Positions 28,344 through 36,979 are shown, counted from the stretch's first letter. The stretch: DNA of 64,000 nt from Patescibacteria group bacterium (GCA_041737595.1 JBGSRK010000010.1:46393-110392), one strand, 5' to 3'. The notes: generated by a model not told the origin, from the sequence alone. Program-made: numbers and translations.

Positions 28344-30050
28344 TTAACAGGTATAGAAAGAATCAATCTGTTTTTTATACTTTTCTGTGATTTCTTTCCG
28401 GCGAGCTTTTAAAGTTGGAGTTAGAAGACCATTCTCAACCGTAAAAGGCTTCTGAATAATTAAAAATTTTCTAATTTGTTCATAAGTCGCTACATCTTTA
28501 TTCAAAAAGATATCTATTTCTTTTTGGATAACTGCGTACTGTTTTTCTTTATTAAAACCCTGAATTTTTGTTTTTTCTGGGACAATTAATGCAGCAACAT
28601 GTTTTTCACAATCTCCAAAAACAAATGATTGTGAAATATATGGAGACATTTGCATCTTTTCCTCAAGGTGAGCTGGCCCGACATTTTTGCCCGTTGAAAG
28701 AACTATTATTTCTTTTTGTCTTGCTCCAAATTTTATAAATCCTTCTTTATCTATAGTGACAAGGTCACCGGTCTTAAACCAACCATCAGTTGTAAAAGCT
28801 TCTTTAGTTGCTTCTGGATTTTTATAATAAGACTTAAAAACATTTGGACCCTTTACTAAAAGTTCTCCATTTTTTACTTTTACTGAAACATTTGGAAGAG
28901 CCTTCCCTACAGTCCCATATTTTCTATTTTTTAAAGTATTATTAGCTAAAATCGGGGATGTTTCTGTTAGCCCAAATCCCTCTAAAACTGGGATATCAAG
29001 TGCATCAAAAAATTCACCAATTTCTTGTGCAAGTGACGCTGCGCCTGAAACAAAAAATCTTAATTGCCCACCAAACGCATTTTTTATTTTATGAAAAACA
29101 ACTTTGTCGGCTAATTTATATGCAATTGTATCTCTTGGAAAATCTTTACCTATTTTAAAAGCAATTTTAAATATTATTTTTGTAATCGGTGATTTTTCGG
29201 CTGACTCTTTAACTTTGGCGTAAACTTTTTCAAAAAGACGTGGGACCGCAATTATTATAGTTGGTTTCTCTTTTTGAGCAAATTCGGAAAGCTGATTTGA
29301 ATCAATAACATAAGAAATTGTTGCACCGCGCACGAGAGGAATATAATATCCAACTGTTCTTTCAAACACATGAGAGAGTGGCAAAATTGATAAAAACTTA
29401 TCATTTTCGGTTATTTCTACACCTGCAAGAACGCCCTCAATGTTTGACATAATATTTCGATTAGTTAACTCAACCCCCTTAAATCTACCAGTTGTGCCCG
29501 AGGTATAAATTATAGTAATAATTCTATCTTCATCATGTTTTATTGGATTAATTTTAGTTTCATATTTTCGATCATATACTTCAGTTTTAAAAAGATAAGT
29601 TGATTTATCTAATAAGGTTGGGTGGTCAGATTCTAAATCTGATTCCATATAAATTATTTTTGTATTTTTTGGGAAAATATTTTTAATTTCAGAAACCTTA
29701 TCAAAAATTTCTCTGTCGGACACAAATATCATTTTAGGTTCTGTTTCTTCAATTATGCTACTAATTTGGGTAGCAGAAAGGACACTATGAATAGGGACCA
29801 ATATTGCTCCTAAAATTAATGAAGCAATATCTGTTATAACCCATTCTGGTCGATTTTCTGAGATAATCATAATTCTATCATTAGAAACAACACCCATGTC
29901 TTTCATGAAGATAGCTAACTTCTCAGCATATTTATATATCTCAGCATATGAAAGTGATTCAAAATGATGATTTTCTTTATAAAAAAGTGCAGTTTTTTCT
30001 GGAAACTTCCCTACACTTTCTATAAATGAATCTATAACAGTTGTTTTCAT
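28344..30050 (-). CDS. AMP-dependent synthetase/ligase (long-chain fatty-acid--CoA ligase-like)
   Basis: AMP-binding signature IYTSGTTGRFKGVELTNRN. 568 aa. Confidence 0.8.
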   Translation of the reverse strand: MKTTVIDSFIESVGKFPEKTALFYKENHHFESLSYAEIYKYAEKLAIFMKDMGVVSNDRIMIISENRPEWVITDIASLILGAILVPIHSVLSATQISSIIEETEPKMIFVSDREIFDKVSEIKNIFPKNTKIIYMESDLESDHPTLLDKSTYLFKTEVYDRKYETKINPIKHDEDRIITIIYTSGTTGRFKGVELTNRNIMSNIEGVLAGVEITENDKFLSILPLSHVFERTVGYYIPLVRGATISYVIDSNQLSEFAQKEKPTIIIAVPRLFEKVYAKVKESAEKSPITKIIFKIAFKIGKDFPRDTIAYKLADKVVFHKIKNAFGGQLRFFVSGAASLAQEIGEFFDALDIPVLEGFGLTETSPILANNTLKNRKYGTVGKALPNVSVKVKNGELLVKGPNVFKSYYKNPEATKEAFTTDGWFKTGDLVTIDKEGFIKFGARQKEIIVLSTGKNVGPAHLEEKMQMSPYISQSFVFGDCEKHVAALIVPEKTKIQGFNKEKQYAVIQKEIDIFLNKDVATYEQIRKFLIIQKPFTVENGLLTPTLKARRKEITEKYKKQIDSFYTC

Positions 30051-30076
30051 CTTGCCCTTAGTATAACAAAAAGTTT

Positions 30077-30883
30077 TTAATAATCTATCTTAAAAAATTT
30101 GCAGGCTTCATAAAAAATTGTTCTTTTTGCGGGTTCAGAAAGAAATGCATGATAAACATTATCAATTTTAAATATTTGCTTTCTTTTTGAACTAACTGAA
30201 TCAATTATTATTTGAGGTGATTCAGGTCTAATTAAGTTACTTTTTTCTGATTGAATGACAAGAACGTCACAAGTAACTTTTTTTAAAAAACTTTTTTGTT
30301 TCTCAATAAATTCAATAACTTGTGCAATATTATCTAGTGGCATCTTATCAAGCACTCCTTGTTTAAAAACAATTTCTTTTTCAGGGTGTTTTAAAACTTT
30401 CAAATATTGTTTATTCCAATATTCCATTCCTATTTTTTTAGCATAAGGTATGGCTCTTTTCGTTATAGGTTGATATTTGATTTTCATTGGTGTTTCGATA
30501 CATACAAGGCCTTTAATTATACCCGGATGGATTGCATCGAATTTTAAAGCTAAATTACCACCAAATGAAATAGCGACAATATATATTTCTTTAACATTTT
30601 TTGATAATTCTAAAATTCCTTTTTCAACTTCATTATACCAATCCTTAGGGGTGGTTTTAGCTAAATCTTCCCAATTAGTCCCATGACCTGGCAATAAAAC
30701 TCCCTTAGTAGTTATTCCTCTTTTTGAAAGAAATTTTGCAAAGCCATTAACCCGACAAAGTGAATCAGAAAAACCATGGACAAAGAATATAGCTCTTTCA
30801 CCGGCTGGATAATAAAAGGCTTGAGCTTCTTTTGGGACCTCATTAATTTTTATATCATTTTTTTCAACAGTTAATGTATTCAT
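30077..30883 (-). CDS. alpha/beta hydrolase (esterase/lipase-like)
   Basis: HGFSDS oxyanion region and GxSxG-type nucleophile elbow AISFGGNLA. Confidence 0.65.
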   Translation of the reverse strand: MNTLTVEKNDIKINEVPKEAQAFYYPAGERAIFFVHGFSDSLCRVNGFAKFLSKRGITTKGVLLPGHGTNWEDLAKTTPKDWYNEVEKGILELSKNVKEIYIVAISFGGNLALKFDAIHPGIIKGLVCIETPMKIKYQPITKRAIPYAKKIGMEYWNKQYLKVLKHPEKEIVFKQGVLDKMPLDNIAQVIEFIEKQKSFLKKVTCDVLVIQSEKSNLIRPESPQIIIDSVSSKRKQIFKIDNVYHAFLSEPAKRTIFYEACKFFKIDY

Positions 30884-30975
30884 ATAATTAAAACGGAAAG
30901 CCCATTAAGCTTTCCACCTTGCAATAATTATAACATACTTTTATAATTAGAATGCAATAATATATTGAAGGACAT

Positions 30976-31362
30976 ATGGCTATAAAAATTATACTTGCGG
31001 AAGATGACCTACAATTAATCGACATGTATCGTCGAAAGTTCGAGATGGAAGGTTTTGAAGTCCAATTTGCTGAAGATGGAGAAAAAGCAATTACAATTTT
31101 AGAAGGTTGGAAACCCGATATTGCACTCCTTGATATTATGATGCCGAAAGTAAATGGATTAGATGTTTTAAAATACATTAAAGAAAAACAAGGGTATGAA
31201 GATGTAATCACTGTAATGCTAACCAACCTCGGTAATGAATCAACTGCTGAAGAAATTTATAAACTCGGGGCAACTGAATATATTGTAAAGGCAGATATGA
31301 CCCCTCTAGAAGTCTCGGATAAAGTGAAAGCTTTAATAAAATTTTACAAAAAAGGCGCATAA
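30976..31362 (+). CDS. single-domain response regulator (CheY-like receiver)
   Basis: Acidic pocket EDD, phospho-acceptor D in LLDIMMP, and a conserved T/K. 128 aa. Confidence 0.85.
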   Translation: MAIKIILAEDDLQLIDMYRRKFEMEGFEVQFAEDGEKAITILEGWKPDIALLDIMMPKVNGLDVLKYIKEKQGYEDVITVMLTNLGNESTAEEIYKLGATEYIVKADMTPLEVSDKVKALIKFYKKGA

Positions 31363-31376
31363 AAGCGCCTTTTCAG
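31350..31376. terminator. bidirectional rho-independent terminator hairpin (GGCGC-ATAAAA-GCGCC flanked by A/T runs)
   Basis: Seen directly between the convergent receiver and thioredoxin genes. Confidence 0.5.
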
Positions 31377-31396
31377 ATTGTTATTTAATAAGATAT

Positions 31397-31888
31397 TTAG
31401 TTTTTAGATATCTCTTCTAAGGTTTCTATAATTTTATCTTTTTCCTGTTCCCCTATTAATCTTTTAACTTCTGTACCATCTTTAAAAAATATTAATGCTG
31501 GGACACTTTCAATCTTATAATCAGTTGCAGATTTTGAAGAAGTCATAACATCAAGTTTACCAATTTTATATTTTCCTTTAAATTCTTTGGCAATTTCAGT
31601 GATAACGGGACCAAGGTTTTGGCAATGAGGACATGTTGGTGAAAACATATCAACCATTACAATCCCCTTATATTCTAAAACCTCTTTATCAAAATTATCG
31701 TCGGTTATTTTTATCTCAGGCGCTTCGATCTTTGAAGCTGCATTTTCTACTGTATTATCTGTTTGGATTATACTTTCTGACTTTGAATCTGTTGATCCAC
31801 TAGAAAATTTAATTGCGACCCCTACTCCTAAGATTGCAAGAAATGCTACTATCCCAATAACTATAGGCGTAATGTTTTTTGTTTTCAT
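31397..31888 (-). CDS. membrane-anchored thioredoxin
   Basis: N-terminal TM helix and the CPHC active site in FSPTCPHCQNLGPVI. Confidence 0.8.
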   Translation of the reverse strand: MKTKNITPIVIGIVAFLAILGVGVAIKFSSGSTDSKSESIIQTDNTVENAASKIEAPEIKITDDNFDKEVLEYKGIVMVDMFSPTCPHCQNLGPVITEIAKEFKGKYKIGKLDVMTSSKSATDYKIESVPALIFFKDGTEVKRLIGEQEKDKIIETLEEISKN

Positions 31889-31972
31889 AATGATTATTCT
31901 ACTCCATTAATTATTATTTTCATAATAGATTTATAATATATTTTTCTATTAATTCTATGGCTTATTTTGAAC

Positions 31973-32048
31973 TGGTGGGCCCGGTGCGGCTCGAACGCAC
32001 GACCAATTGCTTAAGAGGCAACTGCTCTACCAGCTGAGCTACGGGCCC
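31973..32048 (-). tRNA. tRNA-Lys(CTT), CCA encoded
   Basis: Hand fold: acceptor GGGCCCG/CGGGCCC, anticodon stem GTTGC/GCAAT with loop CTCTTAA, T-arm GTGCG-TTCGAGC-CGCAC. Confidence 0.85.
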
Positions 32049-32080
32049 ACGTCGGAATTCGCTGACGGATTCCGACGTGG
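32049..32080 (-). other. GC-rich perfect hairpin (CACGTCGGAAT-loop-ATTCCGACGTG) abutting the 5' end of tRNA-Lys
   Basis: 11-bp perfect stem immediately upstream of the mature tRNA 5' end. A related hairpin precedes tRNA-Arg(TCT). Confidence 0.35.
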
Positions 32081-32123
32081 GCCAAACCAAGTCTTCATCC
32101 TTTCGCAAATCCTCCTCTTTCGG

Positions 32124-32144
32124 CAAAAATCAATAGATTTTGTC
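32124..32144. promoter_or_regulatory. conserved palindrome AAAATC-AATA-GATTTT ~80 bp upstream of tRNA-Lys, with an inverted second copy at 32155-32170
   Basis: Same core upstream of tRNA-Arg(TCT) and of the Pro-Gly-Arg-His tRNA cluster. Confidence 0.45.
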
Positions 32145-32243
32145 GATTTAAAATGAAAATCTGTTGGTTTTCATTTTTGAGGAAGAATAACGAGAAACCG
32201 AAAAAAATATATAATTTTGAAGGTTGTCAGTTTATTCTGATGA

Positions 32244-32319
32244 TGGTGCGCCCGGTAGGATTCGAACCTACGACCAATAGCTTAGAAGGCTACTGCTCTA
32301 TCCCCTGAGCTACGGGCGC
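32244..32319 (-). tRNA. tRNA-Arg(TCT), CCA encoded
   Basis: Hand fold: acceptor GCGCCCG/CGGGCGC, anticodon stem GTAGC/GCTAT with loop CTTCTAA, T-arm GTAGG-TTCGAAT-CCTAC. Confidence 0.85.
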
Positions 32320-32345
32320 ACGTCAGCGAAAGCTGACGTGCTTCA
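32320..32345 (-). other. GC-rich hairpin (CACGTCAGC-GAA-GCTGACGTG) abutting the 5' end of tRNA-Arg(TCT)
   Basis: 9-bp perfect stem. Shares GCTGACG with the tRNA-Lys-associated hairpin. Confidence 0.35.
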
Positions 32346-32390
32346 AAATAATTTATATTATTTATTCCGCACTTACGCTACGCTTCCTTT

Positions 32391-32419
32391 GCAATTTAAA
32401 TCAACAGATTTAAATTGTC
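32391..32419. promoter_or_regulatory. conserved palindrome AATTTAAATC-AACA-GATTTAAATT ~75 bp upstream of tRNA-Arg(TCT)
   Basis: 10-bp perfect arms. The core AAATC-AACA-GATTT is shared with the other two tRNA loci. Confidence 0.45.
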
Positions 32420-32508
32420 TTTTTAACTTCGATATTATAACGTATTTCAAGAAAATATTCCATTGTTTAAACTAGTTTGATACAATATAATATGTAAAAG
32501 AGGGGAAA

Positions 32509-33183
32509 ATGGACTCAACAATAAAACCACAAAATGAATTTTATACACCTGAAACAGGAATAGTTCCTGGCGCTGAATCTCAGGTCGCTCAGGCTGGACA
32601 AGATATTAGTGCAGAAAATCCATTCCCAAATATCCAACCTTCTGAAATTCTCACAAATACAATGGCTTCAGAGGTTACTCAACCACAGTCAGAATTACCA
32701 GTTGAGTCTGATGATGAATTGGCAAAAGAAATTAACGCTGGGCCAGATTTAAAAGTTGTACCAGACCCTGCAGAAATTTCTATTGATTCTACTTATACTA
32801 ATGATGTCCCCGAAGCTACCCCAACAGTGATTGAACCAGCACCAATTGAAACTGTTCAACCCGAAATTGTAGCCGAAACACCTGAAGTAATAGAAGAAGT
32901 AAAGGAAGATCCAGAAGCAATATTATCAGAAATTGACGAAGACTTTGAAGCTATAGATGGGAAAATTGCAGAATATCTAAGTGCAAACCGAGAAAAAATA
33001 ACCTCTTTAGAAGATTCTATTAAAGAGGCCGAAGATAGACTTGAGAATACAAGACTTGCAACAGAACAAAGTATTAAAGATAAAAAAGCTGAAATTGTTG
33101 AACTTAAAAAAATGCGAGACAGAATAAGTGCTTATAAAGAGAGAACTAAAATAAATAAAAATCCTACTGAAATCGCAGCATAA
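32509..33183 (+). CDS. hypothetical acidic protein with Pro/Glu-rich N-terminus and C-terminal coiled coil
   Basis: 224 aa, low complexity, no catalytic motif. Confidence 0.4.
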   Translation: MDSTIKPQNEFYTPETGIVPGAESQVAQAGQDISAENPFPNIQPSEILTNTMASEVTQPQSELPVESDDELAKEINAGPDLKVVPDPAEISIDSTYTNDVPEATPTVIEPAPIETVQPEIVAETPEVIEEVKEDPEAILSEIDEDFEAIDGKIAEYLSANREKITSLEDSIKEAEDRLENTRLATEQSIKDKKAEIVELKKMRDRISAYKERTKINKNPTEIAA

Positions 33184-33197
33184 AATACCCGTGTTTA

Positions 33198-33914
33198 TTA
33201 TTTTATAACGAACCCGATATACCTTGCAGATATATTTTTAGGTAATAAATCTAGTATTTTACCAAAAAAATTTATTACATTTTCTAATATAGAATAGTAT
33301 CTGCCTTTTTTGGTTACAAATCTAAAATAAAAATGTCCAACATAATCTGCTTTCGTTAAATTATGGTCAGTTGTCCTGATATATCTTTTTATTTTATTTA
33401 GAGACATAGCATCAGATATATGATTTTCAAGAACCTTAGGTTCTAATATTTTATAAAGAAAATGGTAAAGTGGAGAATTTAGATTTGGAACTTCTATTAA
33501 GCATATTCCATTTTTACCCATTAAATTTAAGTGTTTATCAATTATTTTTGTCCAATTATTAAAATGTTCAATAAATCCAAAAGAACATACTAAATCATAT
33601 TTTCTAAAAGATCTGTAATTAAGAAAGTCATTTTTTTGGAATACCCCACATTTATAGTTTTTAGACTTAAACCACTCTTCCATAACATTAATATTTTCGT
33701 TCCAATCTACACCGTTTATTTCATAGCCCATTTTGCCTATTAAAGCTAGAAATTTTCCTGGATAACAACCTATTTCAAGACATTTTAGATTATCCCCTGT
33801 TGGAGTATTATTATTTATCCATAAAGCAACAGGATGAGTAGTTATAGTAGCCTCTTTATATATAACTTTTCCCCAATGTTCTTCCCAATAATTAATATCT
33901 GTTATTGACCCCAT
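33198..33914 (-). CDS. class I SAM-dependent methyltransferase
   Basis: Motif I CLEIGCYPGKFLALIG and a post-I acidic residue. 238 aa. Confidence 0.6.
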   Translation of the reverse strand: MGSITDINYWEEHWGKVIYKEATITTHPVALWINNNTPTGDNLKCLEIGCYPGKFLALIGKMGYEINGVDWNENINVMEEWFKSKNYKCGVFQKNDFLNYRSFRKYDLVCSFGFIEHFNNWTKIIDKHLNLMGKNGICLIEVPNLNSPLYHFLYKILEPKVLENHISDAMSLNKIKRYIRTTDHNLTKADYVGHFYFRFVTKKGRYYSILENVINFFGKILDLLPKNISARYIGFVIK

Positions 33915-34000
33915 AAATTGATTTTAACACAAAAAAGAAACTGTTTAAGGTTTCTTTTTTATAATAATTACTGGGGTCGGATAGTGAGAGATATCAGAAC
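33915..34000 (-). promoter_or_regulatory. duplicated ~85-bp upstream module copy 1: extended -10 (TGTGTTAAAAT) abutting the ATG, hairpin + T-run, and a conserved 29-nt box TGGGGTCGGATAGTGAGAGATATCAGAAC
   Basis: Near-identical architecture and sequence to 34354-34439. Confidence 0.45.
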
Positions 34001-34014
34001 CGAGATTTTTAGAA

Positions 34015-34353
34015 CTATTTAACACACGCTAATATAATAAAAGCAAAAACTGCTAAAGTTATACCAAAATATCCTATTGGCGACAAAACTTCTTTCAAAA
34101 ATAAAAAACTTAATAAATTAACAAGAATAATAGAAAAAGCACCAAACATTGCCATTGTTTTTCCAACTGGCATTGTGGTGAAAACATATAATTGTCCAAA
34201 TGTTGCTACGGTTCTCATTAATGTATATCCCAGAAACCACCAGGTAAGAAATGTTGAAATAGTAAAACCATTTCTTTGCATACCACTTTTTGCTAAGATG
34301 TCCCCTGAGGTAAAAAGAATCTGAGATATTGCTAAAACTATTAACGGATTCAT
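34015..34353 (-). CDS. small 4-TM membrane protein, SMR/EamA (DMT superfamily)-like
   Basis: 112 aa with four hydrophobic helices. Resembles single-domain DMT/ArnE-like small transporters. Confidence 0.5.
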   Translation of the reverse strand: MNPLIVLAISQILFTSGDILAKSGMQRNGFTISTFLTWWFLGYTLMRTVATFGQLYVFTTMPVGKTMAMFGAFSIILVNLLSFLFLKEVLSPIGYFGITLAVFAFIILACVK

Positions 34354-34439
34354 AAAATAATTTTAACACAAAAAGGAACCTAAATCGGTCCCTTTTTGTA
34401 ATATTTAAAATGGGGTCGGATAGTGCGAGAAGTCAGAAC
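34354..34439 (-). promoter_or_regulatory. duplicated upstream module copy 2 (box TGGGGTCGGATAGTGCGAGAAGTCAGAAC)
   Basis: Same elements as copy 1: TTGTGTTAAAAT before the ATG, a hairpin/T-run, and the 29-nt box with 3 substitutions. Confidence 0.45.
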
Positions 34440-34478
34440 TAAAATAGTACAAAATGCTATTAATTTTGCAAAATTGGT

Positions 34479-35186
34479 TTGATGGTGCTAAAATTAAATA
34501 TGGATAGAGACGTCAAACAGATTGAGTCGATTTACGGAAGCAACACCTTCCTGAGCGAACAAAAAGAAAATAAAGAAGTGAAGCACCTAAGAAGGGTGTT
34601 TTTTTCGTTAACAAAGGATTTGCACGGCAAAAGAATATTATTCATTGGTTGTGGTGATGGCGAAGAATCCATCCAATACAGCAAATGTGGTGCAACAGCA
34701 TATGGTGTTGATATTAGTCCCTTATTAATCGCGGAAGCGAAAAAAAACAATCCTTTGGGTAAATTTATGGCAGGAGATTTTCGGAATATTGCTATAAAGA
34801 ACTCTTTTGATATTGTTGTATCTATTTTGTCACTGCATTACTCAAAAGATTTAAATAACTCGTTTTCAAAAATATACACACTTCTTAAGCCTGGTGGGAT
34901 TTGCTTGATAGCGACCACTCACCCAACCCATAAAATGGTTACATACAACAACGGGAATTATTTTCGAAAAGGTAAGGTTTGGTATGAATGGAAGGGGTTA
35001 AAAAGATTTAATTATTTCTATCTTATAGAAGATTATATAAACGGTTTTGCAAAAAGTAATTTTCAGATAAAAGAAATGCTTGAAGTTTTTACCCCAGTTA
35101 AATTCCGTTCAGTAGAAAATAAAAATAATGAAAACCCTATCTTTACTATATATAAGATTAAAAAACCATTAAATCAAATAGATTAA
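34479..35186 (+). CDS. class I SAM-dependent methyltransferase
   Basis: Motif I ILFIGCGDGEES and motif II VDISPLLIAEAKKN. 235 aa. Confidence 0.65.
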   Translation: MMVLKLNMDRDVKQIESIYGSNTFLSEQKENKEVKHLRRVFFSLTKDLHGKRILFIGCGDGEESIQYSKCGATAYGVDISPLLIAEAKKNNPLGKFMAGDFRNIAIKNSFDIVVSILSLHYSKDLNNSFSKIYTLLKPGGICLIATTHPTHKMVTYNNGNYFRKGKVWYEWKGLKRFNYFYLIEDYINGFAKSNFQIKEMLEVFTPVKFRSVENKNNENPIFTIYKIKKPLNQID

Positions 35187-35221
35187 TTCTGATAAGGCAT
35201 CTTCTAGGGTAAATATTAGAA

Positions 35222-35252
35222 CTAAAAAAGAAGTCCTTTTGAACTTCCTTTT
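35222..35252 (-). terminator. rho-independent terminator downstream of the tRNA cluster (GGAAGT-loop-ACTTCT + T-run in minus sense)
   Basis: Hairpin plus TTTTTT immediately 3' of tRNA-His on the minus strand. Confidence 0.45.
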
Positions 35253-35267
35253 TAATCTTTTCAAAAC

Positions 35268-35345
35268 TGGGGTGGCTGATGGGATTCGAACCCACGACCC
35301 TCGGCACCACAAGCCGATGCTCTAACCAACTGAGCTACAACCACC
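35268..35345 (-). tRNA. tRNA-His(GTG) with encoded G-1 and CCA
   Basis: Hand fold: extra 5' G pairing with discriminator C, acceptor GTGGTTG/CAGCCAC, anticodon loop TTGTGGT. Confidence 0.85.
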
Positions 35346-35349
35346 ACGT

Positions 35350-35426
35350 TGGTGCGCCCTGAGGGATTCGAACCCCCGGCCTTCTGGTCCGAAGCCAGAC
35401 GCTCTATCCAGCTGAGCTAAGGGCGC
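35350..35426 (-). tRNA. tRNA-Arg(TCG), CCA encoded
   Basis: Acceptor GCGCCCT/AGGGCGC, anticodon stem TCTGG/CCAGA with loop CTTCGGA, T-loop TTCGAAT. Confidence 0.8.
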
Positions 35427-35449
35427 ACATTTTTTAGTTTCTTATATAT

Positions 35450-35524
35450 TGGAGCGGGTAAGGAGAGTCGAACTCCTGTCTTCAGCTTGGAAGGCTGACA
35501 TAATAGCCACTATACGATACCCGC
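35450..35524 (-). tRNA. tRNA-Gly(TCC), CCA encoded, U73 discriminator
   Basis: Acceptor GCGGGTA/TACCCGC, anticodon stem TCAGC/GCTGA with loop CTTCCAA, T-arm AGGAG-TTCGACT-CTCCT. Confidence 0.85.
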
Positions 35525-35526
35525 AT

Positions 35527-35602
35527 TGGTCGGGGAGACAGGACTCGAACCTGCGACCTCATGGTCCCAAACCACGCGCGCTACCAGCTGCGCCACTCCC
35601 CG
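35527..35602 (-). tRNA. tRNA-Pro(TGG), CCA encoded
   Basis: Acceptor CGGGGAG/CTCCCCG, anticodon stem CGTGG/CCATG with loop TTTGGGA, T-arm GCAGG-TTCGAGT-CCTGT. Confidence 0.85.
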
Positions 35603-35674
35603 TCATCGTCGAAATCTGCTTATGAGTTTTGACATGGCCATCCAAGTCTTAACCCAACTGCAGTTTCTCCTCTT

Positions 35675-35700
35675 AGAACAAAATCAACAGATTTTGTTCT
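35675..35700. promoter_or_regulatory. conserved palindrome AGAACAAAATC-AACA-GATTTTGTTCT ~75 bp upstream of the Pro-Gly-Arg-His tRNA operon
   Basis: 11-bp perfect arms. Preceded by TCTCCTCTTAG, as the tRNA-Lys copy is preceded by TCCTCCTCTTT. Confidence 0.45.
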
Positions 35701-35770
35701 TTTGAAGCAAATTACAAACAAGTTATAACGAGGATAATTATAACCGATTTATAGCTATTTATCAATAAAT

Positions 35771-35796
35771 TTAAAAAGGAGCCAGTGGCTCCTTTT
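35771..35796. terminator. terminator hairpin GGAGCCA-GT-GGCTCC flanked by A and T runs, 3' of hup
   Basis: AAAAAGGAGCCAGTGGCTCCTTTTTATT seen directly. Confidence 0.5.
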
Positions 35797-35798
35797 TA

Positions 35799-36071
35799 TT
35801 ATCTAACTTCTTCTTTTAAACCTTTACCAGCACGGAAACGAGGAAGTTTCATACTTGGTATAGTGATTTCTTTCCCAGTTTGAGGATCACGTCCTCTGCG
35901 TTTAGCAATTTGCCCAAGATAAAATGTTCCAAATGAAGTAATAGAAACTTTTTCGCCTTTTTTTATTTTTTCAGTTATTGATTCAACCATGCTATTCATT
36001 ATTTTTTCAATTTCTCTTTTTGAATGGCCGGTCTTTGTTGCAAGTTCTGATACTAATTCTCTTTTTGTCAT
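35799..36071 (-). CDS. hup: DNA-binding protein HU
   Basis: 90 aa. The GFGTF-like arm and the R..RNP..G..I.I motif (RRGRDPQTGKEITIP) are typical of HU/IHF. Confidence 0.9.
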   Translation of the reverse strand: MTKRELVSELATKTGHSKREIEKIMNSMVESITEKIKKGEKVSITSFGTFYLGQIAKRRGRDPQTGKEITIPSMKLPRFRAGKGLKEEVR

Positions 36072-36139
36072 TTTTACTCCTTTTATTTCAACTTAAATAT
36101 TTTATCAATCGTTTATCCCTATGTCAAAGGATTTTTTTA

Positions 36140-36928
36140 TTATTTATCAATCCTTTTAATTTTTATTGGTTTAAATTCTTTATCAAATGAAATTAAAACT
36201 GAATTAAAAACACCTTTTCCATCGGCTACTTCAAATTTACCACCTGTACCCTTTATAAATCGTTCAAGTATAATTTCGCTTTTAACTCCAAGCACAGAAT
36301 TTTTTGGACCTGTCATTCCAACATCTGAAATATAAATGGTACCATTTTTTAGAATCTTTGCATCTGCTGTTGGAACATGTGTGTGAGTACCAATTACTGC
36401 TGATATCTTACCATCTGCATGAAACCCCATTGCAACTTTTTCTGATGTCATTTCTGCATGAAAATCTAGAATTGAAATATCATAATCTTTTTTGCTAGCA
36501 AGGATTTCATCAAGTTTTTTAAATGGGTTAGAAGTTTTTTCATTTATTCCTTCTTTACCAAGAAGATTTATTATTAACAACCTGCCGAAAGAAGTTGTAA
36601 GAACACGATAACCGTGACCTGGATATTTAGAGGTAAAGTTTGCTGGTCTTAAAACAGGCATTCCTTTTTTTGCGATATCTGTAATAAATGATTTTTCTCT
36701 CCAAACATGATTACCTGTAGTAAAAAAATCTATTCCCACTTCGTGCATTTCAAGTAAAATATCGCGGTTAACACCTACTCTTTCAGAAAGATGTTCACCA
36801 TTAGCAATAACATAATCAATCTTATATTTTTCTCTTATTATCGGTAAATATTTTTTTACAGTATCTCGACCAGCTTTACCTATAATATCTCCGATAAATA
36901 ATATGTTTATTTCTTTTTTTGAGGTCAT
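36140..36928 (-). CDS. ymdB: YmdB-family metallophosphoesterase (2',3'-cyclic-nucleotide 2'-phosphodiesterase)
   Basis: N-terminal ILFIGDIIGKAGRD…GEH…GNH metal-binding motifs. Conserved synteny directly downstream of rny. Confidence 0.8.
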   Translation of the reverse strand: MTSKKEINILFIGDIIGKAGRDTVKKYLPIIREKYKIDYVIANGEHLSERVGVNRDILLEMHEVGIDFFTTGNHVWREKSFITDIAKKGMPVLRPANFTSKYPGHGYRVLTTSFGRLLIINLLGKEGINEKTSNPFKKLDEILASKKDYDISILDFHAEMTSEKVAMGFHADGKISAVIGTHTHVPTADAKILKNGTIYISDVGMTGPKNSVLGVKSEIILERFIKGTGGKFEVADGKGVFNSVLISFDKEFKPIKIKRIDK

Positions 36929-36979
36929 TTTTTTCCTTCTTCAGTTAGATACTGATCCATTTATAATGGAAACCCCTGT

